Positions 33,680 to 49,684 of a stretch of DNA of 64,000 nt are shown here, in pieces. The notes below the pieces were generated by a model, which had not been told where the DNA came from, did no database searches, and saw only the letters and a list, made by a program, of their open reading frames with translations. Each line of letters begins with the position of its first letter. The stretch's first letter is position 1. A program made the translations under genes and the position numbers. Source of the DNA: the human T2T-CHM13v2.0 reference genome, Homo sapiens; the NCBI RefSeq assembly GCF_009914755.1, contig NC_060925.1; one strand, given 5' to 3'.

Positions 33680-35350
33680 GACTCTACTTCTAATAGCATA
33701 GAGAATACTGATAGTCCTTGGTATGAACTGTTTAGAGAGTTATACAAAATAAATGCATTTGATATTCCTGATTCACCACTTGTGAGAGGCAAGGAGTTTA
33801 GTGACTCTATGCATAATACCTTTGACTATATGTGGAGAACCAAGGCATATAATAAAGTTCGTTGGTTGCTCCTAAGTTCACTGGACAAAGTGATGAAAGA
33901 AAACGATGAACTCAAGAATTCTAATTCTTGGAAACACTGAGCCTCAAATCTTCTAACATTGCTCTGAATGAGAATCTTATTTCCTGTAGAGAAAGAACTG
34001 AAATTGTGCAAAATCAGACACAAGCTCTTATCATGTAAGTGGCTGACCTGCAATAAAAGATGCACGCACAGCCTCGCCAGGTGTCTACTGTTAAAGTGAG
34101 GGCATTGATTGCAAAAGAATGGGAGCCTGCACCTTGGAATGGGGACGTGTAGGAGGACCCTGATGAAGCTCTAAGGACACAGAGCTTGTAAACTCTGATG
34201 AGCCTTTTATGCCAGAGGAAACAGCTTCCCCATCCCCAGTGGTGGCAACATCCCCTCCCTGACCCATGCTGCAATCAGCCTTTCCACTTTTGTCTGAGGA
34301 GATTAACCTTGAACTGCCTGAGGCAACAGTAATGGATTCCCTGAGGAAGTTGCCAGGCAAGACAATTTTGATTCTGCTCAGAATCCAGCCCCAACGCTCC
34401 TGTTTGCTTCTAGATCTATAACTAGACAAAGGTCCTGGCAGGCCTCTAAAGGTGAGCTTCAGAGTGTGACCCATGAGGTCCACTATACTCCACAAGACTA
34501 TACTGTACTATAAAAGAACTGCTTGAGTTTTCTGATTTATATAAGCAGAAATCTGGAGAACAGGCATGGGAATGGATATTAACAGTGTAGGATAATGGTG
34601 GAAGAAACGTAAAGTTGGATCAAGATGAATTGATTGATTTGAGCCACACTAAGCAGAGATTCTGCATTTAATATTGCAGCTCAGGGAGATAAAAAGGATT
34701 ATAATAGTTTATTTTATTGGTTAGCTGAAATATGGATCAAAAGATGGACCACTGTGAGTAAGTTAGAAATTCCTGATCTCCCCTGGTTTAATGTAGAGGA
34801 AGAGATCCAAAGGCTTAGGGAGATTGGGATGGTGGAGTGGATTAGTCACATTGGACCTACTCATCCCAGCTGGGAGGGTCCAGAATACATGTCCTTCACT
34901 AATAATTTGTGAAATAGATATGTGAGGGCAGCACCTGCATTCTTGAAGAGCTCTGTGATTGCTCTTCTCTGTATGTCAGATCTTACAGTGGGAACTGCAG
35001 TCACTCAACTATAAAATTTCAGTGCATTGGGAATAATTGGATTCCTAGGAGGCAGGGACCAAGGGGCAACACTCAACCATCAAAGGAGGGTGGGCATAGT
35101 TATAATAGACAGCAGAAGCAAAGCTGCAATCAGAATAGTCTGACTCGTGCAGAGCTCTAGCATTGGTTGATTAAGTGTTCTTAGAAGTAAAATTGATAGA
35201 GAGCCTACTGCATTCTTGCTTAATTTATATAAGTAGAAAACTTCCGGGTCGAGTGGTCAGAAGACTCATTTGAATTTTAAAAATAGAGAATCATGGCCCC
35301 CTCAATCAATTTCCAGACTTAAACCAGTTTACAGAACCAGATCCCCTTTA
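33680..35350 (+). pseudogene. gag: HERV-L gag, decayed; boundaries approximate
   Basis: Lies between the leader and pro; frameshifted, recognisable at nucleotide level (gaacaggcatgggaatggatatta, agggagattgggatggtggagtgg). Confidence 0.6.
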
Positions 35351-35459
35351 ATGAAGGGGAGGCTGTGTCCCCTTGAGGAAGAACCCCACTACACTGCCAA
35401 GAATTTATGCTATTAATCTTTCTCCCATTTTTCCCCAAGGAGACCTATGACTGGCTTTT

Positions 35460-38372
35460 TACCAGGGTAACAGTGCATTGAAAAAATAAAAACGATCAGA
35501 CCTTTCAGGGACTACTGTACACTGGCTCTGAGCTGACGTTGATTCTAAGGGACCAAAAATGTCATTGTGGTCCTCCAGTTAAAGTAGGGGCTTAGAGGTC
35601 AGGTAACTAGTGGAGTTTTAGCTCAGGTATGACTTACACTGGGTCCATGGATCCCTGGACTTATCCTGTGGTCAATTCCCCAGTGATAAAAATGCATAAT
35701 TGACATAGACATACTTAGCAGCTGGCAGAACTCCCACATTGGCTCCCTGACTGATTAGGGCTATTATGGTGGGAAAGATCAAATGGAAGCCACTATAGAT
35801 GCCTCTACCTAGAAAAATAGTAAATCAAAAACAATATTGCATCCCTGGAGGGATTGTGGAGATTATTGCCACCATCAAGGACTTGAAAGACACAGGGTTG
35901 GTGATTCCCCACCACATCTCCTTTCTCCTATTTGGCCTCTGCAGAAGACAGATGCATCTTGGAGAATGATAGTGGATTATCATAAGCATAACCAAGTGGT
36001 GATTCCAATTGCAGCTGCTGTACTAGATGTGGTTCTATTGCTTGAGCAAATTAACACATCTCTTGGCACCTGGTATGTAGCCATTGATTTGGCAAATTCT
36101 TTTTTCTGCATTCCTGTCCATAAGGTCCACCAGAAGCAATTTGCCTTCAGCTGGCAATATAACTTTAATGTCCTACTTCAGGGATATATCAACTTTGTGT
36201 AATAATCTTGTTCGGAAAGCTCTTGATCGCTTTTCTCTTCCACAAGCTATCACGCTGGTCCATTACATTGAAGATACTATGCTGACTGGATACATTAAGT
36301 GAGAAGTAACAAACACACTGAACTTATTGGTGAGATATTTGCATGCCAGGGAATGGGAAATAAATCCTACTAAATTCATGGACCTTCTACCTCAGGAAAA
36401 TTTCCAGGGGTCCAGTGGTGTGAGGCCTGTCGAGATATTCCTTCTAAGGTGAAGGATAAGTTTCTGCATTTGGCCCCTCCTACAACCAACAAAGAGGCAC
36501 AATGCCTAGTGGGCCTATTTGGATTTTGGAGGCTACACATTCCTCATTTGGTTGTGTTATTCTGGTACATTTATGGAGTTACTGGAAAAGCTGCCATTTT
36601 TGAGTGGGGTCCAGAACAGAAGGAGGCTCTGTAACAGATCCAGGATGCTGTGCAAGCTGCTCTGCCTCTTGGGCCATATGACCCCGCAGATCCAATGGTG
36701 CTTGAGGTGTCAGTGGCAGATGGGGATGCTGTTTGGAGCCTTTGGCAGGCTCCCGTAGGTGAATCACAGTGGAAACCTCGAGGATTCTGGAGCAAGTCCC
36801 AGCCATCTTCTGCAGGTAACTACTCTCTTTTTGAGAACCAGCTCTTGGTCTGTTACTGGGCTTTGGTGGAAACTGAATGTTTGACTGTGGGTCATCAAGT
36901 CACCATGTGATCTGAACTGCCTATTATGAACTGGGTGCTTTCTGACCCATCTAGCCATAAAGTGGGTTGTGTGCAACAGCATTCTATAATCAAATGGAAG
37001 TCATATGTATGTGATCAGGCTCTACCAGGTCCTGAAGGCACAAGTAAGTTACATGAGGAAGTGGCTTGAATGCCCATGGTCCCCACTCCTGCCTTTTCTC
37101 CCCCATCTTGCACCAATGGCCTCATGGGGCATTCTCTATCATCAGTTAACAGAGAAAGAGAAGACTAGGGCCTGGTTCACACATGGTTTTGCACGACATG
37201 CAGGCAGCATCTGAAAGTGGATGGCTGTAGCACTACAGCCTCTTCCTAGGACATCCCTGAAGGACAGCTGTGAAGGGAAATCTTCCCAGTTGGCAGAACT
37301 TCAAGCAGTGCAACTCGTTGTGCACTTTGTTTGGAAGGAGAAATATCCAGATATGTGATTAGATATTGATTCATGCGTTGTAGCCAATGCTTTGGCTGGA
37401 TGGTCAGGGACTTGGTAAAAGTACGATTGAAAAATTGGTGGCAAAGAAATTTGGGCAAGAGGTGTGTGGATAGGCCTCTCTGAGTGGTCAAAAACTGTGC
37501 AGATATTTGTATCTCACGTAAGTGCTCACTAAAGAGTGACCTTAGCAGAAGAGTACTTTAATAACCAAGTGGATAGGATGATGAGTTCTGTGGACACTAC
37601 TCAGTCTCTTTCCCCACTCACCCCTGTTATCATCCAATGAGCCCATGAACAAAGTGGCCATGGTTGCAGGGATGGAGATTACACATGGGCTTAGCAACAT
37701 GGACTTCCACTCACCAAGGTTGACCTGGCTATGGCCACTTCTGAGTGACAAATTTGACAGCAGCAGTGACCAGCACTGTGCCCTCCATATGTCACCATTT
37801 CTCGGGGTGATCAGCCAGCTACTTGTTGGCAGGTTGATTATATTGGACCTCTTCCATCATGGAAAGGACAGCAGTTTGTTCTTACCAGAATAGACACTTA
37901 CTCCGGATATGAGTTTGCATATCCTGCACGTAATGTTTCTGCCAAGGCTACCATCCATGGACTCACAGAATGCCTTATTTACCATCATGGTATTCACTTT
38001 ATGGCAAAAGAAGTGCAGGAGGGGGCTCATGCTCATGGAATTCACTAGTCTTACCATGTTCCCTGCTATCCTGAAGCAGCTGGATTGATAGAACATTGGA
38101 GTGGCCTTTTAAAGTCACAATTACAATGCTAACTTGGTGATAATAATTTGCAGGATTGGGGCAAATTTCTCCAGAAGGCTGTGTATGCTCTGAATCAGCA
38201 TCCAATATATGGTACTCTTTCTCCCATAGCCAGGATTTCTGTGTCCAGGAATCAAGTGGTGGAAGTGGAAGTGGCCCCAGTCACCATCAACCCTAGTGAC
38301 ATCCTAGCAAAACTGTCACTTCCTGTTCCTGCAACATTATGTTCTGCTGGCCTACAGGTCCTAGTTTCAGAA
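35460..38372 (+). pseudogene. pol: HERV-L pro-pol (protease, RT, RNase H, integrase) with stops and frameshifts
   Basis: [43 protein letters not shown] (YxDD site), PPTTNKEAQCLVGLFGFWR, WGKFLQKAVYALNQHPIYG. Confidence 0.9.
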
Positions 38373-38378
38373 TGAAGC

Positions 38379-38700
38379 GTGCTGCCACCAGGAGACAGAA
38401 CAAAGATTCCATTAAACTGGAAGTTAAGATTTCCACCTGGACACTTTGGGCTCCTCCTATCTCTAAGTCAGCAGGCTAAGAAGGGAGTTACAGTGTTGGC
38501 TGGGGTAATTGACCTGGACTATCAAGATGAAATCAGTCTGTTGCTCCACAATGGAGGTAAGGGAGAGTATGTGTGGAATACGTAAGATCCCTTAGGACAT
38601 CTCTTAGTATTATCATACCTTGTGATTAAGGTCAATGGAAAACTACAGCAACCCAATCCAGGCAGGACTACAAATGGCCCAGACCCTTCAGGAATGAAGG
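38379..38700 (+). pseudogene. dut: HERV-L dUTPase, premature stop at 38585
   Basis: LPPGDRTKIPLNWKLRFPPGHFGLL..GVTVLAGVIDLDYQDEISLLLHN, which includes dUTPase motif 3 (GVID.DY). Confidence 0.85.
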
Positions 38701-39157
38701 TTTGGGTCACTCCCCTGGGTAGAAAGCCATGACCTGCTGAGGTGTTGCTGAAGGCAAAAGGAATACGGAATGGGTAGTAGAAGAAGGTAGTCATCTATAC
38801 CAGCTATGACCATGTGACCAGTTGCAGAAATGAGCACTGTAATTGTCATGAATATTTTCTCTTTATTTTATTAAGAACATGTTTGTGCCTGCATACACTT
38901 GTACTAAGAAAATATCTTCACTTTATTTCCTTTCGTTTTTCTTTATCATGTGACATAAGATTTATTGACTCCACATCAGCATTTAAGTGTTGTTAACTTT
39001 ATGTAATAGCATGTAGGTTAAGGATTAGTGTTCTTCCTGTTGTAAGAAGGATAGCTGTATTATGTTAGGTGTAATTATAACCTTATAATTGTCTTTATTT
39101 GAAGATTATATAGATTTCAGGAGATGTGTATGGGTTCAAGTTGATAAGGGGTGGACT

Positions 39158-40575
<1,418 letters not shown>

Positions 40576-40707
40576 TTATGATTGGGGAGGAAGAAAAGAG
40601 TGATGGACAAATGTACTAGTATTTAGCGTTGATATAAATATGTGATTTAAAGATATCTTAAGCAGGCTTCAAATATCTAAATTTGATTGAAAGGTGCCTT
40701 ATGTAGG

Positions 40708-40708
<1 letters not shown>

Positions 40709-40747
<39 letters not shown>

Positions 40748-40780
40748 ATATATTACACACACACATATACACACGTGTGT
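40709..40780. repeat. (TG)n microsatellite followed by TA/CA runs
   Basis: About 15 perfect TG units. Confidence 0.93.
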
Positions 40781-41204
40781 ATGTTTACATTTATTTAATT
40801 GTACTCCTGAACAATGTTTCTCATGATTGATTTTCTCCTTTCTCTTTACTTTCCTTCTTTTTTTGCATTAGCTTGTTGCAATAAGTGTAGCCAGTATGGT
40901 CCAGAATAATGAATCCTGTACTCTGTTGCTAAAGAGTGTCTCTTGAAGAATTGAGATTATGTTTGAATTCCTTCATGAGCTCTCCCCTTGAAAAAGCAGG
41001 TTAGATTTGACATTTGTAATATCTTTTTCACTAACAGACACTGTTAGTTGTTTGAAATTATGTATAGTAGTCCCAAGCATTATTATCTCTAGATGAAAAA
41101 ATGGAATTAATATTGTTTACCTAGAGTGTTAATGGCATTACAGATATCCTTGAGTGTATGCATTTTTAAAAGATTATTACTTTCTACATTTGAAAAGGAA
41201 TTTT

Positions 41205-42150
41205 TATCTCCTCATAAAGATGGAATAAAAGGACCACATTTACTCTCCTGCCTGAAACAACAAAAGACAAGGCAATTACATGAAATAACTGTTTTCAAGA
41301 CACTAGACATCAGGCAGCAAGGACAATGATCCCTAAGGGACACACAAAAAATAAAATAAGCTCTATGATTTCTCTATTTACTGCCTTGAGAGAGATTCCA
41401 AGTTGTGGCATTGGTAGGGTGAACCTAGGTGTAATGCAAAGACCTTCTGTGTTGAGATTCAGCTAAGAGAAGCAGGAGATCAAGACTGCTGAACTTTCTG
41501 GACAAATTATCAGAGAACAGAGAGCTGCATAGAGAGAGAGAACTCCAGAGGTCTCCTGAGGTCCTCCCTTAAGTATTCAGAATATGGATTGACACAGATG
41601 AAAATCACAACAGCAATGATTGATTTCACAAATTATGAGACCAGATAAAGAAAGTACCTCTGAAATGATTAGAGATAAGGGTGTCTGGCACTTACATATA
41701 GCTGAGAACATTGTCTGCTTCTATCAGCCAGATGTAAAAGCCTCATAATTTATAGGGCACTTAGTAGGGTACTCAGAAAGGTCTTGCTTTAGTGGTGCAA
41801 AATAATAACATGCAGACTAAATCCTCCTCTGGAGAAGGATCGCAAAAATGAAAAGCCATGCTACAAACTAGGAAAAATACATTTAAGTCACATATCTGAT
41901 AATGGACTTGTGTTCAGAATATATAAACTACTCCCAAAACTCAGTAATAGAAAAACAGTTTATCAAAAAATGAGCAAAATATTTGAACTGATACTTCACT
42001 AAAGAAGATATATGTATAGCCAGTAAATACATAAAAATACTCAACATTATCTTTTACTAAGGAATCACAAATTGAAACCAGTAAGAAATATGACTGTAAA
42101 TCTTTTAAGCTAAAATTGAAATACTAACAATGATAAGTCCTGGAGAGGAC
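41205..42150 (+). mobile_element. Old L1MC/MD 5'UTR joined to an ORF2 3' fragment
   Basis: ttttcaagacactagacatcaggcagcaaggacaatgatccct; catatctgataatggacttgtgttcagaatatataaa. Confidence 0.6.
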
Positions 42151-43264
42151 TGCCTAGTTCATAATTTTATTTGACCTCATAGACTTCTGAGAGACTTGCA
42201 TTCCCTCATAAGTGTATTTTCTACTTGCAACCTCCCTTGAAAATATTATTTTGAGGTGAAGTTCAACCGGAATGCCCTATGGTTTTTCCTAAATCCAGTT
42301 ATATTAACTCTCTGTATTTCTAGAAACTCACCAATATGATGCACTAATAACTTTGCAGAATTGTGAGGATTTTTATCTATTTATATGAGCTTGTTAATAT
42401 TGCAAGAGTAAATTTGGAGCAGAAACATAAAGATTATAGAGCATAATGCCAGATTGATCTTGAAGGCCATGCTCATGTTTCCCTATGTATTTAAAGATAC
42501 TTTTTGCAATTATATGTTTTAAATGACAGTATTGGCTTAAAATATTTATTTACAAAATTTGTAATTAAAACTATTTGCCTTAATATAGCAACATAATTTT
42601 AGACAATAATATATGCTCATATCATTGTAAAATATTTTCTACACTCATCTGTCATGGATAATACTACCATTAATCTTGACCTTTCTTATATCCTAAGAAC
42701 TAGGGAATGGTATGCATGAAGATAATGGCAAGAATAATATGCCACTTATTAAAATTCCAGATTTCGGCTTCAATTTACTAGCTATTCCACATATTAATGA
42801 CCAATTTCTGGAGTCTGCAATAAGATCTAGTAAAGTTGTCATAAAATTATAACCCTAAGGGTTGAAATTGAACTACAAATTACTTTTGCTTCACCAGCAG
42901 TATTTTTAAAACTGAATTTAAATTTGGTGGGGACATTCATCTCAGATAGAATACACCTCTACACCCCTGGTTTAAGATAGACCTTTTCAAGGATGGGATG
43001 ATTTCCTCATATGGGAGTTAATGCCAGTATCATATTGTTATATCAGCTACATGGAGCCCTAAAAGAGCATATGCTCCTAAAAGACCTTGGAATATCAGAC
43101 TCAAGAAAAAGAAAACCCAAATAAGAAAATGTTTCTTTAAAAAAAATATATTCTTTCTTTTTCTTTAATACCCTGTAAGAAGACTGAAACTTAGCTAAAT
43201 ATGCCAACTCATCTATTGATAGATTTAGTCAATTATTATATTTTTGCATTGTGTTATTTAACTC

Positions 43265-43360
43265 AGTATTTTGAGATAATTATGGATTTATAAGCACTTG
43301 TAAGAAATAATACACACATGCCTCATGCCCTTCACCCAGTTCCTTCCAATAGTAATCTTT
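43265..43360 (-). mobile_element. L1MC 3' terminal fragment
   Basis: tgagataattatggattt..gtaagaaataatac..ccttcacccagtt. Confidence 0.6.
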
Positions 43361-43699
43361 TGCCCCTGTTGTCTTATGAAGCAACTCTTGGAACAGGTAT
43401 TTGAGTGCTCCTGTCTTCTTTGTCTAGCATCTTCTCTGCTCATCATTTTTTCTGTTCATCATCTTTTCTGCTTCAACTGGGTCCCTCTCAGTCTTTGCAA
43501 CTTTTCTTAGGGTTTCACAGATATTACTTCTTTGCCAAGGCTCTTATGGCTTTGATGAAATACCTTGGTGTGTAATGCTGCCTGTGTAGAAACAGCTGCT
43601 TACCTGGAGAATGCTGCATTTGCTTACCAAGTTTAAAAACTATTAGTACCCTAAGTCTTAGAATATCTTCTCTTGGCTATAGCTGTTAAAATACAATTA

Positions 43700-44370
43700 A
43701 AATCAGTATATCAGAGAGATATCTGCACTCTCATGTTCATTGTAGTGTTATTCACAATAGCCAAAATTTAAAATCAACTTAAGTGATCCTCAACAAATAG
43801 GTAAAAAGAATGTGAGATATATACATACATACATAAATACACACACACACATAGACAGACACACACACACACAATAGAATACTATGCAGCTTAAAGGAAA
43901 AGGAAATTTTGTAATTTGTGAAAACATAAAAACATGGGTGAATCTGGAGGACCTTATTTAAGAAAAATTTAAAAAAAAACAGGCACAGAAAGATAAATAC
44001 TAAATCATCTAACTTACATGTGGAATGTACTAATGTTGAACTCACATAAACAAAGAATAAAATGATGGTTACCAATGGCTGATGAGTCGGGATTGGGAAC
44101 ATGTTAGTCAAAAGACATACAATTTCAGTTTGACAACAGGAATACGTTAAAGAGGTATGCTGTACATTGTGGTGACTACAGATAAAAGCAACATATTGTA
44201 TTTTTGAAAATCTCTAAGAGAATAGGTTTTAAGTGTTCTCAGTATAAACAAAGTGCGATAATGCATATATTATTTAGCTCCATTTAGCCATTCCACAATT
44301 TACTCATATATCCAACATTACATTATACATCACAAAAATATACAATTTTTACTTGTCAATTAAAATAAAT
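43700..44370 (+). mobile_element. L1MA (MA6-8-like) 3' fragment
   Basis: gagatatctgcactctcatgttcattgtag..atttagccattccacaat..ttgtcaattaaaataaat. Confidence 0.85.
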
Positions 44371-44962
44371 CATAAGTAATATAACTACAGAACTTAAAAG
44401 TTACATGGTCTAATATAAGCCTGTATGAATTATCAGCTCAGAATGCTCTTCTTACACACTAAACACTTGACTTGGCAATGCTAAAAGCCTGAACTCAAGT
44501 AAAGATTGGTTTACATCTGTAGACAAGTTAGATGTGTGTATCAGAATCTTAAAATTAAAGAGTTTTTGCCCAATTAACTCTAGGTTACATGTCTAATTTT
44601 TTCTGCTTCTTTGCAATTTATGCTAGAATATGCAAGAGATAATGTTCTTGTTTCCTGTATCAATATCTCCTCTCAAGAAAAGGAAGAAAGGACAGAGTTA
44701 TGTACCCTGAGTTCACTAATCAGATAAAAGTTGTGGAGAGAAGCTGATAATATTATGCTAATGAAGGGTTATGAGTACCATCTCTTTCCACCAACATGTA
44801 TTTCCTCTCGTTGGTTATGTTTCCTTCTCTTGTTTTATGTTTCCAATGTTGTCCTTAATCTATTTGATGACATTTTGTTTATTAAAAGCTTTTTTTTTTC
44901 CTGGTACAATGATTCCATTTCTTCTGCTTTAGACACAAATTAAACATTCTAATGAGGATGGC

Positions 44963-45480
44963 TGTGGCAGGGACTTCCACTTGCCTACTCAGATAATTCA
45001 TTCTCTTTTCTTGGTTTTGTTTTTGTTGTTTGATTACAATAATAAGACAGAATGTCTCAGAAAAGAGTTATGTCCAGCTAAAAATATAAACTTTACCTTC
45101 CCTCACATAATAGGTGATACCAATCAAATATAAGAAAATTTTGGGGGAGTTTCAATGAAAGCTCCTTAAAGAGGCCTGACTCTTGAATCAACTGGTAGGC
45201 TCCTTTTGCCCTTTGCTCTTTTTCTTCTTGCCTAGAAAGTGGCTGTGATTGCTAGAGCTTCGACAACCAGCTTTTAAGCTTGAGGAGACTTTGAGTATGC
45301 AGAGCACATGATATCTATGATAGAGTAGATACATAAGATCCTGGATTTCTGATGGTTTTATACAATTGTGTTGTACAAGCCCTAGACTGTCTCCTTAAAC
45401 TTTGACGTAATGTGAGATAAAAAATCGGGCCTTAAGGTCTTTAGTAGAGAACTCTGTTACTGTAAGCCGAATGAAATTTA
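44963..45480 (+). mobile_element. Old MaLR LTR (MLT1K-like)
   Basis: tgtggcagggac..tgtccagctaaaa..gctagagcttcgacaacc..ctctgttactgtaagccgaa. Confidence 0.6.
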
Positions 45481-46244
45481 TTTCTTATTTACTCCCCCAA
45501 AAATACAACAAGCAGCAAAGCTTAATTTCTCTACTGGCAATCCCAACTCATTAGCTTTCTGTTTTTCTCTCCTTATTATCAAACTTTATGCAAATAACAA
45601 TGCTTTACTGGCCCTGTGCTGTTTCTGGTAGCAGTATCTTAACCCATCATCCAGTACTTATATCTAATGATAAAAAACATGAGTAAAGGTTTATATATAA
45701 TATATGATTTAAAAAGGAAGTATTTTAGAACATGAGAAAACAGAAAAACAGTTTCAATTTCAGTTCATGTAGCAGAATCTGATGGACAGCAGACATTTTC
45801 TTCTTGAACAGTTAAGACCATGAAAGGTTCTTCACTCATCTCTTGCACAAGATTTTCTAGTGATAATCAACAGGATTGTGAAACCAATGTGCATGGGAGC
45901 TGTGGATTTGAATGATGTTAAGTAGATTTAAAAACAGAGAGGCTGGATAATGTTGATACTTTGTAATAATTGTGTAAGTAGAGATATAGCACTGTATCAA
46001 TTAATTAAATGAATTTAATGTAATTGTTTTAGATCTGTTGCTAAAGAGGTGTAGAAAATAGGATGTCAGAATCTTTAACATGTTAACCTTAGCTAATGCT
46101 GAGATTTCTAATTGAAAGGGATAAACTTCTGGCTCACTGCCGTATTGATAATTAGCAGTGTGTTCTTTTTGCTCCCCATCACACTGTTTATGTATTTTCC
46201 TTAGAGATAACATGTATTATGATAACATTTTATGAAAATGTACA

Positions 46245-46363
46245 GTATGCTGTGAGACACTTTAGGGTATGAATAATTTCTTATTCATCTCAGTATCTGT
46301 AGTAGCCAGTACAAATCTGATACAGAGTAGGATTTAAATAAACCTGTGCTTTATGAATGAATG
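46245..46363 (+). mobile_element. L2 3' end
   Basis: tattcatctcagtatc..cagagtaggatttaaataaa..tgaatgaatg. Confidence 0.7.
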
Positions 46364-47069
46364 CTAGTGGAAAAAAAATACACAGAAGTAATAAGAAGGG
46401 AAGTATCCTTTTCAGAGAAAATGATGAAGTCTGCTTTTCATATTGTAATATTAAGTATTTTTGAAGATATAATATTTATATAAGTTTATATTAAAGAATA
46501 ATAAATATTTGAGGCATGAAGAAAGGAAGAACTTTGATATTCTTATCATTTAAGTTGTGTGGTTTTAAATGCATTAGTAGATACAGCTGCCTTATTTAAT
46601 TTACAATTTTGTGTCATTTCTAGTTTTTTCTTGGCTAGATCTATCAGTTTTTGTGTTAGTTGTGTCAAAAGCTAACTTAATATACCATGGTAACTTGTAA
46701 TTTCATTTAATTTACACACATATACACATTTGAAATCATATTCTAGGTTTATGAAGTTCATATTTTTATATCTTATTGGTAATTTTTCTTATACAGCATT
46801 TTACTTTTCTTATTAATGTGTTTTTGCCTGAAATTCATTAATTTTTATTAACTTTTGCTTAACCAGTTTTAATTGGTAAATATTTTTCATAATTTTTCAT
46901 CATTTTTGTTTGATTTTCAATGTGCCTTTGTTTTTGGTGCTTAATAGCAGTATGGAAATCAAGTTTTGTTTTGCTCATTTTGTGCTTTTTATTACCATGC
47001 TTTTAAGTTTTTTCTAAAAAAATGTTAGGGTAGATTGATAGATTGAACTTTTTAATCAGTCTTTTGATG

Positions 47070-48480
47070 TTTTTTTAAAATTGATATACAGTAAATTTTA
47101 CCATATATCATAATTACAACAAGATGTGAAAATTTCAGAGAAGAATAAATCAACCCCTCTGTATCAAGGAAATAGAATGGTACTAGTAACCCCACACACT
47201 GCCTTTCTTATATGCACCACCTTCCATCCCCTAAAAGCGAACCTATTCTGAACTTTTATTTTATTTAAAAAAATTATTTTCTTTAAAATGTTACTACATA
47301 TATAAGTATCCCTTAAAATATGTTTGCATATAGTTATTTGGACAATGGACAATGTCAAAATATCAGAGTTTTTTTTTCTCTGTGGTTTAGTCTCTTATTC
47401 AACTATGTCTTTTGAAACTCATCTAAGTTCGTTAATAATTCATTTATATGACTTTATTGTTTTTTATTATATTATATTACCATGGCTTATTTATCACATC
47501 TACTTTTGATGGCCATTTAGATACTTTCCAGTTTTTGCTATTACAAACAAGGTTGCTCACATATTCAGATGCACATTTGTGAAAGATTCTCTAAGGCAGT
47601 GGTTCTCCATTGGGGATAATTGTGCTCCTCCTAAAAGAAGATATTTGACAACATATGAAAATGTTTTAGGGTTGTTACAACTTGAGTTAGGGATTAATAT
47701 TGGCATCTAAGCTGGCACAAATCACTAGAAATGTTGGTAAGCATCCTAGTATGCATAGGATGGCTGCTCCCTCAACAAGAAAGAATCACCAAGCCCCGAA
47801 TGCCAATAATATTGTTACAGAAACATCATCATTCTGGGTCTAAAATCAATAGTAGAATTACTATGCATATCAAATGTATTAAGACTAAAATGTTTTCCAA
47901 TTTAATTTCCCATCAGCAGTGTGTGAGAGTTCCAGTTACTCTATGTCCTTGCCAACCTTGGGTATCATCAGAATTTGACAATGAGGTGGATGTTCCAGGG
48001 TATTACATTTTCCATTAAACTTGTATTTTACTGGTAATAAATGATGTGGAACATCTTTTCTTATGTATTTTGGCCATTTGAATTACTTCGATAAATTTTC
48101 TCTTCATTTATCTTATCCTCTCTTTTATTAAAACCTGTTTTTTTTTTACTAATTAATCCTTAGATGTATTTTATGTACTATGGAAGCTGCTACTTTTGAG
48201 AGATATGTACGTAGATTCTGCATCTAATTTTGTAGCTTTTGTTTGTACACTTGCACTTTCTTTTGAAGAACATATGTTTTTTTACTTTAATTTAATTTAA
48301 TTTACATATATTTTCTTTAATATTTGAAATTTCTATGTTTTGCAAAATTTACCTCGCCTTAAAAGTGACAAAGTTATTTCCCTTTATTATCTTTTAAGCA
48401 AATAGCCTTTCAATTTACATTTAGGTATTTAATTCCTCTAGAAGTGATAACTGGGATTGGTGTATTGTTGGATTTTTTTT
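47070..48480 (-). mobile_element. L1ME 3' fragment interrupted by MER20
   Basis: ttccagtttttgctattacaaacaa, cccatcagcagtgtgtgagagttccagtt. Confidence 0.7.
47597..47829 (+). mobile_element. MER20 (hAT-Charlie)
   Basis: cagtggttctcc..ttgttacaact..ggcatcta..aagaatcaccaagccccgaatgccaata. Confidence 0.75.
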
Positions 48481-48879
48481 AACCATACAATCTTCATGCA
48501 AAATGGAAAGCTTAAATACGACTGCATGTATCTACAATATAGTTATTCTAGTACAGGATGATAATGATGGCATTTAAAACACGACAGCTGTGATTGACAA
48601 AATTAGAAATGTTCCAGAGGATTTTAGATAGTAGGTGTAAGTGGCTGTAGAAACTTCTTTAATGTAAGAGTTCAGTAGAATAAGCTGTTAAAGATGACAT
48701 TTAGAAGTCTGAATGGAGTTGCTTGGGTGATCAGAGTATCTTTAAATGAGACAGAATAGAGAAAGAACAGCTTTCGTGGGATCATGAACGCATAGAGTTT
48801 AAATGTGGATGATCATAGTTTGGAATACTGAGAAAAATAACTGGGTAGATATCGAGATAATCAAGTTGTTTTTCTGATA

Positions 48880-49570
48880 GATGATGACAACTCAATCCTT
48901 CCAGTCACTCAGCAAAATTGTGGTAATTATCTCTTCCTTTTAGGTCATATAACCAATCTGCTACACACATTTCTTTGCGTTTTCCTTCAAAGTATATTTA
49001 GAATCTCAGCATATTTAATGAATTTTACTACTAGCATCTGGACTTCAAACATTATGATCTTTCTCCGAGATGCTACAATAGCTCCCTGCCCATTCTTCCT
49101 GCTTCCACCTACCCCTCCCCTCTTGTCTATTTTTAATATAAAAGTGGTTGATCTTTTTAAAAACAGCAGTTAGATTAATATAAAACTTCTTATATAAAAC
49201 TACCATGATACTCCAACTTACTCATAATTAAAGCCAAAATCCTTATAATTGCTTCTAAGCTCTTATAGTTCTCCCTAACTCCTGCCATTATATCTTGACC
49301 TCATGTCCTATTAATTTCCCCTAATTTCTATCTCCAATCTAATCACACTGGCTACCACGACTATCTGCTCTAACACTGGTATTTCTGACATATTACATAA
49401 GTTAAAAATATATGTTAGGTTTACTATTGTCTGCCTCTCACTACTAATAATATGCTTTATGGGTTGGAGATATTTTACTAACTTTCTGCTAGACTAAAAT
49501 GTATTCCAGGAACCTACAAGGATAACTGTGATATAAAAGTTGCTCAATAAATAGTTCTCAGTAAATTGAA
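48880..49570 (+). mobile_element. L2a 3' portion
   Basis: caatccttccagtcactcag..aaagccaaaatcctta..gctcaataaatagtt. Confidence 0.7.
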
Positions 49571-49684
49571 GTTTATTATATACAATATTATTCACTGCAT
49601 TTAATAATACAGGAAAAAGTTTAGAAATCACTTTCTTCAAAAAAGGTGTTAAGTTTAATAATATGTCTCTATTTTTTTCTTGAA

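Larger units (their letters stand above)
33567..39157 (+). mobile_element. HERV-L internal region (gag-pro-pol-dUTPase, no env)
   Basis: HERV-L leader, RT/RNaseH/IN peptides in the ORF track, dUTPase, PPT aaggggtggact before the 3' LTR. Confidence 0.95.

Noticed and set aside
40709-40780. (TG)n followed by (CA)n as a functional hairpin
   Set aside because: Common microsatellite arrangement with a short imperfect stem
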